From NCBI GenBank assembly GCA_964466525.1, contig CAYXQY010000007.1, positions 1-45,119 of the forward strand: 45,119 nt of DNA, read 5' to 3'. The DNA comes from an uncultured Planctomycetia bacterium. GTDB taxonomy: Bacteria; Planctomycetota; MHYJ01; CAYXQY01. The notes under the pieces were generated by a model. That model did no database searches. It was not told the origin of the DNA and saw nothing but the letters and a program-made list of their open reading frames with translations. This document shows, piece after piece, positions 35,429 through 43,489 of this stretch. A program made the translations under genes and the position numbers. How positions within the stretch are numbered: the stretch's first letter is position 1; every line of letters starts with the position of its first letter.

Positions 35429-35900
35429 CTCCAGAGTTCTCCATGCACGGTCTATGAGGCTGCTTAAAACCCGCGCAACGTCAGCGAAACGAGTTGCGTC
35501 GAAGAGCGCGGAATCCACCGCAGTAGATGCCGTCAATGCATCCGAGGAGATTACGTAGTAATTGTTCATTTCAAATAGCAACGAAATGTTGCGATTTGAA
35601 TATGTTTGACAAAGGGAACCGACGTAAGTCGTTTCGTATCAAGGAGATCGAATGCAATTGGAGTCTCTGGGCGATTGCGTATTCTCGCCGATGCGCTTTC
35701 GATAACGCCTGCGAATCCGCAGACTACGGAGAACCGAATTGCATTCTACTGACGGAGTGGGGGTTTTTCAGCAGCCTCCAATTATAACCTATCGTTTTCC
35801 TTGTTCACCATCCCGACCACCCTTTTTAACGCGTGACGACTCCGAACGCCTCTTGAACAATTATTCAACTTCACCGTTCTTCCCCTGTTGACCGTCGAGC

Positions 35901-36866
35901 ATGTCCGACAAACACAAAAAGCTGTTTTACCTTGCCCTTGCCACAACCCTGCTGACGTTTCTCCTCATTGGTCTGGGCAATGTTGTCACGCGTACGCAGT
36001 CCGGTCTTGGATGTGGGGACCACTGGCCGACATGCAACGGCGATTGGGTCCCCGACCTGACGAATATTCACGTGGCAATTGAGTTCTTTCATCGTATTCT
36101 CGCTGCGCTCGTTGGTTTTTTCACGCTTCTTCTAACCGTGTGGTCATGGACGGTTCGGAACCCACGATTCGCTCGCTCCATACGGAACCTCTCCATTCTA
36201 TCAATTGTTTTGTTAGGGGGACAGATTGTTCTTGGGGGGTTCACCGTGAAATATCATCTTCCCCCTTCCCTTGTTGTTCTGCATAATGGAACGAGCGTCG
36301 CTTTCCTGGGTGCGCTTACATTTCTGACGGGGCGGATATTTCAACTGAATACGGCGAATGGAAACTCCGTTGAAGATCCGTGTCCGGGCGCCTCTCTAAT
36401 CCCCCTCACGAGCGTGCTATCCGTGCTTGTCCTCGGTCAAATTCTGCTGGGGGCGTATGTGCGCCACTCAGGGAGCAGAGGTGGATGTCCGGACATGATT
36501 CCTTTCTGTCAGGGAGGACATCTGTTGCCTCCGCTCACCAAACCGGCAATCGTCCATTTCTCGCACAGGATACTGGGATTGACCATTGGACTTCTTTTTC
36601 TATACCTGGTGTATCGAGCAATCCGAACCGATTCACGCTACGCCACGTTTCTTGCAATAACCGGATGCCTTCTTGTAGGATTGCAGGTTCTTTCCGGACT
36701 CAAATCAATCTGGACCGGTGGCTGGACCCTCGTTATCTGGTCGTCCATACACCTGCTAACAGCAGCCACCATCTTTGTCGTACTGATCATCCTTCTCGTC
36801 GGCATAAAATCCGTTCATCCCCTTCCGTACATGCAATCGATCGCCGTGGATGAACACCCCACATAA
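35901..36866 (+). CDS. ctaA: heme A synthase (COX15/CtaA family)
   Basis: 321 aa and multi-TM. GLGCGDHWPTCNG cysteine pair, a second pair region (GGCPDMIPFCQG) and conserved His in FHRILA / SHRILG. Confidence 0.9.
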   Translation: MSDKHKKLFYLALATTLLTFLLIGLGNVVTRTQSGLGCGDHWPTCNGDWVPDLTNIHVAIEFFHRILAALVGFFTLLLTVWSWTVRNPRFARSIRNLSILSIVLLGGQIVLGGFTVKYHLPPSLVVLHNGTSVAFLGALTFLTGRIFQLNTANGNSVEDPCPGASLIPLTSVLSVLVLGQILLGAYVRHSGSRGGCPDMIPFCQGGHLLPPLTKPAIVHFSHRILGLTIGLLFLYLVYRAIRTDSRYATFLAITGCLLVGLQVLSGLKSIWTGGWTLVIWSSIHLLTAATIFVVLIILLVGIKSVHPLPYMQSIAVDEHPT

Positions 36867-36869
36867 TCC

Positions 36870-37754
36870 ATGACCACCGCCACCGTCACAAGCCGCCTTC
36901 TGGACTACGGGAACCTGATGAAACCCCGGATCACCCTGCTTGCGCTGTTCACGACATTTGTTGGGTTCCAGTTGGCATCAGCCCCGACTTCTTCTTTACA
37001 ATTGCTGTTTTTTACGCTTGTCGGAACGGCCCTGGGATCGAGTTCGGCAAGTACGTTAAATAATTATGTGGATCGGAACCTGGACAAGAAAATGTCTCGC
37101 ACCTGTGACCGAAGCCTCCCTGCCGGACGGATTTTACCCACCGAAGCTCTGGTACTTGGGCTTGTTCTCGGTGTTTCGGGCATCGGGATCCTGGCCTGGT
37201 TGGTGAATCCGCTGACCGCCGCTCTTCTGCTGTTTACGATCGCATTTTATATCTACGTATACACCCTATGGCTGAAGAGAACATCTCCGTACTCCACCGA
37301 AATCGGAGGGGTGGCTGGATCGATGCCCCCGGTTATTGGCTGGACGGCCGCCACCGGCACACTCAGTGTGGAAGCACTTGCCCTGTTTTTGATCATGTTC
37401 ATCTGGCAGCCACCGCACTTCTGGGCCCTCGGGATATATTACATGGATGATTACAAAAACGCGGGCATTCCGCGATTTCCGGTGGTCAAGGGAGTGGATC
37501 AAACCCGGCGACGAACCCTTTTCTACAACACGCTGCTGATTCCTGCTTCGTTCTCCCTATATCTTCTCGGTATGGCGGGTATAACCTATCTTATTGCCGC
37601 AGCAATTCTGGGTCTCGCCTACCTTATGGTCACGATTCAGTTTACTCGAAATGAACCGAATCCTTCGGACGCTATAAAATTATTTTCCTTTTCCAACCTG
37701 TACCTGCTCCTGCTTTTCGTTGTTATTTTTGTCAGCTCGGATCCGATATTCTGA
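36870..37754 (+). CDS. ctaB: protoheme IX farnesyltransferase (heme O synthase)
   Basis: 294 aa. UbiA-fold motifs NNYVDRNLDKKMSRTCDRSLPAGR and PPHFWAL...YKNAGIP. It starts 3 nt after ctaA. Confidence 0.92.
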   Translation: MTTATVTSRLLDYGNLMKPRITLLALFTTFVGFQLASAPTSSLQLLFFTLVGTALGSSSASTLNNYVDRNLDKKMSRTCDRSLPAGRILPTEALVLGLVLGVSGIGILAWLVNPLTAALLLFTIAFYIYVYTLWLKRTSPYSTEIGGVAGSMPPVIGWTAATGTLSVEALALFLIMFIWQPPHFWALGIYYMDDYKNAGIPRFPVVKGVDQTRRRTLFYNTLLIPASFSLYLLGMAGITYLIAAAILGLAYLMVTIQFTRNEPNPSDAIKLFSFSNLYLLLLFVVIFVSSDPIF

Positions 37755-37758
37755 ATCC

Positions 37759-38703
37759 ATGCGAACAAAAATTTCGAAAAAAACACTTGATCACGCTCGT
37801 GATCGAAATGAGTTGCTCGGCCTCGTCGGGAATACCCCTCTCGTTCACCTGAGCGACGTAGCGGACGATTTATCCGACGGCGTCGATATCTTTGCTAAAG
37901 CCGAGTGGTTCAACCTGTCCGGTTCCGTAAAAGCCCGTCCCGCACTATCGATGATTCTTGGGGCGGAACAATCCGGAGAACTCACACCCGAAAAGGAAAT
38001 AATTGATGCCTCAAGTGGTAATACGGCCGTTGCATATGCCGTGATCGGAGCCGCTATGGACTATCCCGTCAAGATATGCATTCCGGAAAACGCAACCAGA
38101 GAACGGAAAGGCATTCTTTCAGGACTGGGAGCGGAACTCGTCTTCACCGATCCTTCGGAGGAAATGGATGGCGCGATTCGGAAGGCTCGAGAGCTCGTGG
38201 AAGCACAACCGGAGCAATATTTTTATCCGGATCAGTACAACAATGAGCTGAACTGGCAGGCTCACTATCATACAACCGGTCCCGAAATTATGGAGGACAC
38301 GGACCGATCGATAACCCACTTTGTCGCGGGACTGGGGACAACCGGGACCTTTGTCGGCACATCCCGATACCTGAAGGAAGCAAAACCGTCTACGGAAGCC
38401 GTTAGTGTTCAGCCCAAAACTGCGTTGCACGGGCTGGAAGGCTGGAAACACCTCGAGTCGTCCATGGTCCCCGGTATTTATGATCCGGACGTTGCTGACC
38501 GGGAGTTACGAGTTTCCACTGATTCGGCGTACGAAATGATGCACCGGCTTGCGGAACGGGAGGGGTTGTTTGTGGGTCCTTCCGGCGGGGCTGCGGCGTG
38601 TTCGGCCGTTGAAGTGGCTCGAACGATTGATCAGGGAGTTGTCGTCACAATTTTACCTGACGGTGGAGAAAAATACATGGAGCTGTGGCATGATGAAGAT
38701 TAA
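37759..38703 (+). CDS. cysM: PLP-dependent cysteine synthase, CysM-like (probable thiocarboxylate-dependent sulfhydrylase)
   Basis: Motifs SGSVKARPA (PLP lysine), SSGNT, GLGTTGTF and GPSGG. ATG 37759 lies 4 nt after the ctaB stop; the ORF track's 37720 start overlaps ctaB. Confidence 0.85.
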   Translation: MRTKISKKTLDHARDRNELLGLVGNTPLVHLSDVADDLSDGVDIFAKAEWFNLSGSVKARPALSMILGAEQSGELTPEKEIIDASSGNTAVAYAVIGAAMDYPVKICIPENATRERKGILSGLGAELVFTDPSEEMDGAIRKARELVEAQPEQYFYPDQYNNELNWQAHYHTTGPEIMEDTDRSITHFVAGLGTTGTFVGTSRYLKEAKPSTEAVSVQPKTALHGLEGWKHLESSMVPGIYDPDVADRELRVSTDSAYEMMHRLAEREGLFVGPSGGAAACSAVEVARTIDQGVVVTILPDGGEKYMELWHDED

Positions 38704-39121
38704 ACTGTCAAACAAGCAGAGAGAAAAAATTCAGAAGCACGGGGAGGAAGGTTATCCACACGAAATATGCGGAGCGATGCTCGGGACATTCGACGAGAAG
38801 GTCATCTCCGTCGAGGAATTGTACCGATTGGAAAACCTTCGGGATATAAACCCCGAAAGGCGCTATGAAGTAACACCACAGGATCAGTTAGAAGCTCAGA
38901 AACGAGCGGACAAACTGAACCTTGAAGTCGTCGGTTTCTACCACAGTCATCCCGACCATCCCGCTCAACCCTCACAGTACGACCTCGACCACGCCTGGCC
39001 CAGGTATGTTTATGCGATTGTTTCCGTTCGGGACGGCACCGCGGAGACGCTGAATTGCTGGCAGCTGTCCGAAGACCATTCCGAATTCAACCGGCTGTCG
39101 TTCGTTCTTGGGAAGAAATAG
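38690..39121 (+). CDS. JAMM/MPN+ (Mov34) metalloprotease, Mec/QbsD-like
   Basis: 143 aa from ATG 38690 (MMKIKLS). HEICG glutamate and HSHPDHPAQPSQYD (HxHx7Sx2D). It overlaps the cysM stop by 14 nt. The ORF track's 38549 start lies inside cysM. Confidence 0.85.
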   Translation: MMKIKLSNKQREKIQKHGEEGYPHEICGAMLGTFDEKVISVEELYRLENLRDINPERRYEVTPQDQLEAQKRADKLNLEVVGFYHSHPDHPAQPSQYDLDHAWPRYVYAIVSVRDGTAETLNCWQLSEDHSEFNRLSFVLGKK

Positions 39122-39260
39122 CGAGAAGTAGCACATGTCCCTTCTCCTCCTCCCGGATTCATTTCCTGTCTTCTTTGCTACACCCCTTCCCTGACGGCAG
39201 GAGCCCTTCCCGGTATCGATTTTTGTTTTCGACATCACGGAGCTTTCATTATTCATGCAA

Positions 39261-39289
39261 TTGAACTTTATACCTGGATCACATACAAT
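39261..39289 (+). promoter_or_regulatory. sigma70-type promoter of the cysO-moeZ fusion gene (TTGAAC-17-TACAAT)
   Basis: TTGAAC tttatacctggatcaca TACAAT, about 60 nt upstream of ATG 39351. Confidence 0.5.
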
Positions 39290-39350
39290 TATTCTGATTT
39301 TAATACATGCTTGCTACGCTTCTGAATAGACTCACTTGTATTCCAGTCCT

Positions 39351-39623
39351 ATGCCAGTCGTAAAAATACCAACTCCTCTGAGAGAATACGTCGACGAACA
39401 GGAAGAAGTAGAGGTGGATGGAGAGACCGTTGACGAAGCGCTCCGTACACTCACCGAGCAATATGACGAACTGTCTGAACACCTTTACACCGAAAATGAA
39501 GAGAAGCTCCGTCAATACGTAAATATATACGTCAACGAGAATGACATCCGTACGAAAAATAACGAGCAGACCGAGCTGGACGACGACGATGTCATCAATA
39601 TTATCCCGGCCATCGCCGGAGGA
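39351..39623 (+). other. CysO-like beta-grasp (ubiquitin-like) domain ending in the Gly-Gly codons at 39618-39623
   Basis: 91 codons. They resemble M. tuberculosis CysO as I recall it (FVNIYVNDEDVR...ILPAVAGG). The frame continues past GG into the linker IDATKSRAEELKEQGAEEVETELTKEEVE. Confidence 0.8.
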
Positions 39624-40847
39624 ATAGATGCAACGAAATCAAGGGCCGAGGAACTAAAGGAACAGGGAGCTGAAGAAGTTGAAACCGAACTGACGAAGGA
39701 AGAAGTTGAACGATACAGCCGGCATTTCCTCGTTCCGGAAATCGGGGAGGAAGGACAGAAAAAACTGAAATCAGCAAGCATTCTCATGGTGGGGGCCGGC
39801 GGACTGGGAGCTCCATTTGGAATGTATGTCGCCGCGGCCGGCATTGGGAAGCTCGGTATTATCGACCACGACAAAGTCGAACATTCAAACCTACAGCGCC
39901 AGCTGCTCCATGGGTCCAGCGACGTGGGACGTTCCAAGCTCGCCTCCGCCCAGGAGACAATCGGGGAAATTAACCCGAACGTGGAGCTGGAACTGTACGA
40001 AGAGAAATTAACCAGCGACAATGCACTGGAAATCATCGACCAATATGATCTTGTGGTCGATGGCACGGACAATTTTCCCACCAGGTACCTCGTCAACGAC
40101 GCCTGTGTGATGCTCGGGAAACCGAATGTGTACGGAAGCATTTTTCGATTCGAAGGTCAGGTGTCAGTGTTCGACGCGGAAAAAGGCCCCTGTTACCGAT
40201 GCCTGTACGAAGAGCCCCCTCCGCCGGGTCTCGTTCCGGACTGCGCCGAAGGCGGTGTGCTCGGTGTTCTCCCCGGAATTATCGGCACATTGCAGGCCCT
40301 TGAGGCAATTAAAGTGATCACGGGGATCGGTGATCCGCTAATCGGTCGGTACCTTATTTTCGACGCCAAGTCGATGAATTTCCGGGAGCTGAAATTGCCA
40401 AAGAACCCGGACTGCCCAGTGTGCGGAGAGAATCCAGAGGTAACGGAACTTATCGATTACAAGCAGTTTTGCGGTATCGATCTTTCGGAGGAAGAAAAAA
40501 CCCTGCAGGAAGATGAAGAGGAAGACCGCCTCCCTGAAATCGAAGTGACCGAACTGAAACAGCGGTTGGACAGCGGGGAGGAACCCTTCATCCTGGACGT
40601 TCGCTCCCCTCAGGAAGTCGAGATATGCAGGCTTGAGAATTCCCGTGTGATTCCCCTCGGTAAACTCCCGGATCAGCTCGGCGAATTACCCCGTGACCAG
40701 GAAATCGTCGTACACTGCCGGTCCGGGAAACGAAGTGCACAGGCCCAGGAACTGCTTATCGACGAAGGGTTCGAGGACGTCAAAAATCTGAAAGGAGGCA
40801 TTCTTGCCTGGGCCCACGAGGTGGACGACACCATGCCCACGTACTGA
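39351..40847 (+). CDS. tri-domain fusion: CysO/MoaD/ThiS-like sulfur carrier (ends AIAGG), ThiF/MoeB/MoeZ adenylyltransferase (E1-like) and rhodanese
   Basis: 498 aa in one continuous frame. Carrier part MPVVKIPTPLREY...YVNIYVNENDIR...IIPAIAGG. E1 part RYSRHFLVPEIGEEGQKKL..ILMVGAGGLGAP, CYRC and CPVC zinc pairs. Rhodanese part with HCRSGKRS. Confidence 0.88.
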   Translation: MPVVKIPTPLREYVDEQEEVEVDGETVDEALRTLTEQYDELSEHLYTENEEKLRQYVNIYVNENDIRTKNNEQTELDDDDVINIIPAIAGGIDATKSRAEELKEQGAEEVETELTKEEVERYSRHFLVPEIGEEGQKKLKSASILMVGAGGLGAPFGMYVAAAGIGKLGIIDHDKVEHSNLQRQLLHGSSDVGRSKLASAQETIGEINPNVELELYEEKLTSDNALEIIDQYDLVVDGTDNFPTRYLVNDACVMLGKPNVYGSIFRFEGQVSVFDAEKGPCYRCLYEEPPPPGLVPDCAEGGVLGVLPGIIGTLQALEAIKVITGIGDPLIGRYLIFDAKSMNFRELKLPKNPDCPVCGENPEVTELIDYKQFCGIDLSEEEKTLQEDEEEDRLPEIEVTELKQRLDSGEEPFILDVRSPQEVEICRLENSRVIPLGKLPDQLGELPRDQEIVVHCRSGKRSAQAQELLIDEGFEDVKNLKGGILAWAHEVDDTMPTY

Positions 40848-40887
40848 TCCCCGGACACCGGAGACATCCAACGGCGAAAAAATTTCA

Positions 40888-42993
40888 TCAGGGACCACTC
40901 AGCTTCTGCACCTCCTCTTCCGGCCCCATCACGATAAGTTGATCTGCTTCTGTCAGCACCGTTTCCGCCTCCGCCGGTAGTCGCTCCGTTTTCCCGTGTT
41001 CACGAACTCGTTTTACTTCCACGATCATGACGTGATTGTCCTCTCTGATGTTAAGTTCCTTTAAGGAACGGCCACTCCATTGGGTCGGAACATCGATCTG
41101 ATCCACCGTATATCCGGGGGGTAACTCGAGGTAATCCATTTTGCTCTCCCCTTCTTCCTCCGACTGCTGTACGGTCTTCATAAGGGAGGCTTTCTGTTTC
41201 AATATTTCCCGGTTATATACACCGATGATGTTGTGCTCCCAGATCACTCCGCAGAACGTCGGATCCGTTTTCGATTCCACAACCGGCAGCTCGTCGTAAT
41301 GTGTTTTCCAGAGCTGGTTCATCGTCTCCGAAAGTGTCGTATCTCGAGGAATAAGCGGCACATCTGAATCCATAACGTCTACGGCACGAACAAGTGATCC
41401 GAGACGATCAATATCTGCGAATCCATTTTTGATTTCATGCAGGGAAACAATGCCCTGAACATGGTTATTCTCATCGACGACAATGAGGTGATCCGTCTGA
41501 TTTCCGAGAAACACCCGTGCAATTTCACGGAACGTGCTGTCGGACGTTAGCACAGGCTCATTTTGGGCCGGACGCATCACATCCTCCGCAGTGAGGCGAT
41601 CCATAACAAGTTCCTCCGGTTTTTCGTGAATATCAATTCCTTTTCGACGTAACTTGCTTGTGTAAATGGATTCCGTGGTCAGGACCCTTGCGAGAATCGT
41701 CGATATCGAGCAGGAAATCATTAGGGGAATGACAATCTGATAATCATGGGTCATTTCGAAAATAATAATAAGGGTACTGACCGGTGCGTTCGCCACCCCC
41801 GCAAATACAGTTCCCATACCGGCAATAGCGTAGACTTCAGGACCGGCAATTTTCAGGGGCACATACAGGTTTGACACCAATCCCACCAGATAGCCCGTGG
41901 CTGATCCTATGAAGAGTCCCGGCGAAAAAATCCCTCCGGAAAATCCGGAACCAAAACTGATCCCAACCGCCAGTATCTTGCAAAAAATAAGCAGAACTAA
42001 CATCCGAACGGAGGGGTCAAAAAATCCCTCGGGGGAGGAAGCTTTTGCCCCGATAAGATGATCGATCGTTTCATACCCCACCCCGACCGTCTGCGGGAAC
42101 AGAAACAGGCCGATACAGAGAAGCATGACCGCACCGATCACCGGTTTTATGACATCCGGTACGGGAAGTGCTTGAAATCCCTCCCGGAATCCGTCAACGG
42201 ATTGGATAAGTATGACGGCCAGGAAGCCTCCGAGAACACCAAGACCTGCGTACAGGAGGAACTCCAGGGGATGCTCATAGGTAAACGTTTCCACAAGCTG
42301 AAAGGCCGGTTCGGTGCCTAAAAACCGCTGTGCGACGACCGTTCCGGTCACAGAAGCAATCACAATTGGTGCAAAGTTCTCCGTCGAGAAAGACCCGAGC
42401 ACGACCTCGAGTATGAAAAATGCACCACCTACCGGTGTGTTGAATGTGGCCGACAGCCCAGCCGCTCCTCCACAGGCCGTTAACACTCGCCAGTGTTTAC
42501 GGGGTAACTGTACCACATTGTTGACGAGTGACCCGAGTGACGATCCAATCTGGACAATTGGCCCCTCACGTCCCACGCTCGCGATTGTGCCAAGTGAAAG
42601 GGCGGACGCACATAGCTTCGCCGGAGCCAGGTACCACACCATCCGTCCGTCTCTCAATGCCATGGATTCAAGTACTTCCGGTATGCCTGCTCCACGTACT
42701 TTGTCGAAAAAATACCAGGTGATCACTCCGATTACCGCAGCTGCAAGCAGTGGAGCCACGATCAACCGCACCAGACCGGGACTCCGTAAAAAAAAGACCT
42801 GACCAAGCGGCGTGTCACTTGCATATGCAATCTTCTGAACAAACGTTATAGCGGACCGAAATACAACTGCACTCAATCCTCCGAACACCCCGGCCACTGC
42901 GCCAAGGACAATCAGAAAGATATGATGGGTTTCCGGATAATGAAACACCGGAAAATCGAGGAGCTCCCGGAACTTGAACCACAATGGTTTCAT
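40888..42993 (-). CDS. ClC-family chloride channel/transporter with a C-terminal CBS pair and a TrkA-C (RCK_C) domain
   Basis: Motifs GIPE, VGREGPIVQIG and GGIFSPGLFIG. Two CBS-like modules and a terminal RCK_C-like segment. ATG 42993 (MKPLWFKF) has an AAGG upstream. The ORF track's TTG start at 43074 adds 27 residues. Confidence 0.9.
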   Translation of the reverse strand: MKPLWFKFRELLDFPVFHYPETHHIFLIVLGAVAGVFGGLSAVVFRSAITFVQKIAYASDTPLGQVFFLRSPGLVRLIVAPLLAAAVIGVITWYFFDKVRGAGIPEVLESMALRDGRMVWYLAPAKLCASALSLGTIASVGREGPIVQIGSSLGSLVNNVVQLPRKHWRVLTACGGAAGLSATFNTPVGGAFFILEVVLGSFSTENFAPIVIASVTGTVVAQRFLGTEPAFQLVETFTYEHPLEFLLYAGLGVLGGFLAVILIQSVDGFREGFQALPVPDVIKPVIGAVMLLCIGLFLFPQTVGVGYETIDHLIGAKASSPEGFFDPSVRMLVLLIFCKILAVGISFGSGFSGGIFSPGLFIGSATGYLVGLVSNLYVPLKIAGPEVYAIAGMGTVFAGVANAPVSTLIIIFEMTHDYQIVIPLMISCSISTILARVLTTESIYTSKLRRKGIDIHEKPEELVMDRLTAEDVMRPAQNEPVLTSDSTFREIARVFLGNQTDHLIVVDENNHVQGIVSLHEIKNGFADIDRLGSLVRAVDVMDSDVPLIPRDTTLSETMNQLWKTHYDELPVVESKTDPTFCGVIWEHNIIGVYNREILKQKASLMKTVQQSEEEGESKMDYLELPPGYTVDQIDVPTQWSGRSLKELNIREDNHVMIVEVKRVREHGKTERLPAEAETVLTEADQLIVMGPEEEVQKLSGP

Positions 42994-43183
42994 CCTGGCC
43001 TTCGATGTGCTAAATAGCTGTCTCGATGAGTGAAGAGCAGGTAGGAACTGTGTTATGGAACGGTCTCGGGACAATTCCTGACGGATATTCAGGAACCCCT
43101 ACCGTTTGTCGGACCACCGTTTCTGGATTACGGACATGGGCGGGCATGAGGTGACAAAATGATAATCTGTTTACGATGAATGA

Positions 43184-43212
43184 TTGACCTTCCCACGTGC
43201 TTTCGATAATAT
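43184..43212 (+). promoter_or_regulatory. sigma70-type promoter (TTGACC-17-TAATAT) reading toward an ORF-free region and tRNA-Leu
   Basis: TTGACC ttcccacgtgctttcga TAATAT. The nearest downstream annotated element is the tRNA, about 320 nt away. Confidence 0.5.
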
Positions 43213-43229
43213 ATTAATCGCATGGTTGT

Positions 43230-43489
43230 GTTGAAATCCTCGCGTCGTCAGCAGGACCCCACTCCGTTCGTTAGCGCGGTAGTGTTCAAAACCATACCAC
43301 TGGAGTGTATTGTGAGAACAGTCTGGCGCGCTAAAAAGCGAATTAGAGGGTTCTGTTGAAACGAAAACGGTGGGGTTTAGCGCTGTTCTTTTATCCGCAC
43401 CGATTCACATTCGCGTCGGCTGAGGTGACTCTCCGCGCTTACCCTCACATGTTTCTCTGACAGTGCGAGGGTTTTCAGTAGCTTCAACC
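43230..43489 (+). ncRNA. candidate structured non-coding RNA or long tRNA leader of unknown family
   Basis: No ORF of 60 aa or more on either strand. Long-range helices: GTTGAA 43230-35 with TTCAAC 43484-89, and CCTCGC 43238-43 with GCGAGG 43465-70. Four TAGCGC/GCGCTA cores allow alternative pairings. The strand is assumed from the promoter. Confidence 0.3.

Noticed and set aside
35279-35581. 100-aa minus-strand ORF
   Set aside because: It runs straight through tRNA-Arg (35354-35428) and has no coding features.
39512-40141. 209-aa minus-strand ORF antisense to the cysO-moeZ fusion gene
   Set aside because: It lies entirely inside a confidently assigned plus-strand gene. It is Ser/Pro-rich low complexity with no motif, which is typical of a shadow ORF.
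43075-43096. Inverted repeat TTCCTGA-N7-TCAGGAA directly upstream of the TTG start option of the ClC ORF, as an operator or translational hairpin
   Set aside because: It is a short 7-bp stem. Its relevance depends on an uncertain start codon, and ATG 42993 is the more likely start. There is no supporting evidence.
42994-43183. Fluoride (crcB-motif) riboswitch upstream of the ClC gene
   Set aside because: The channel has CBS and RCK_C domains and the GREGP / GxFxP filter of chloride-type ClCs, not the short CLC-F type. I could not find the conserved fluoride-riboswitch core on the minus strand.
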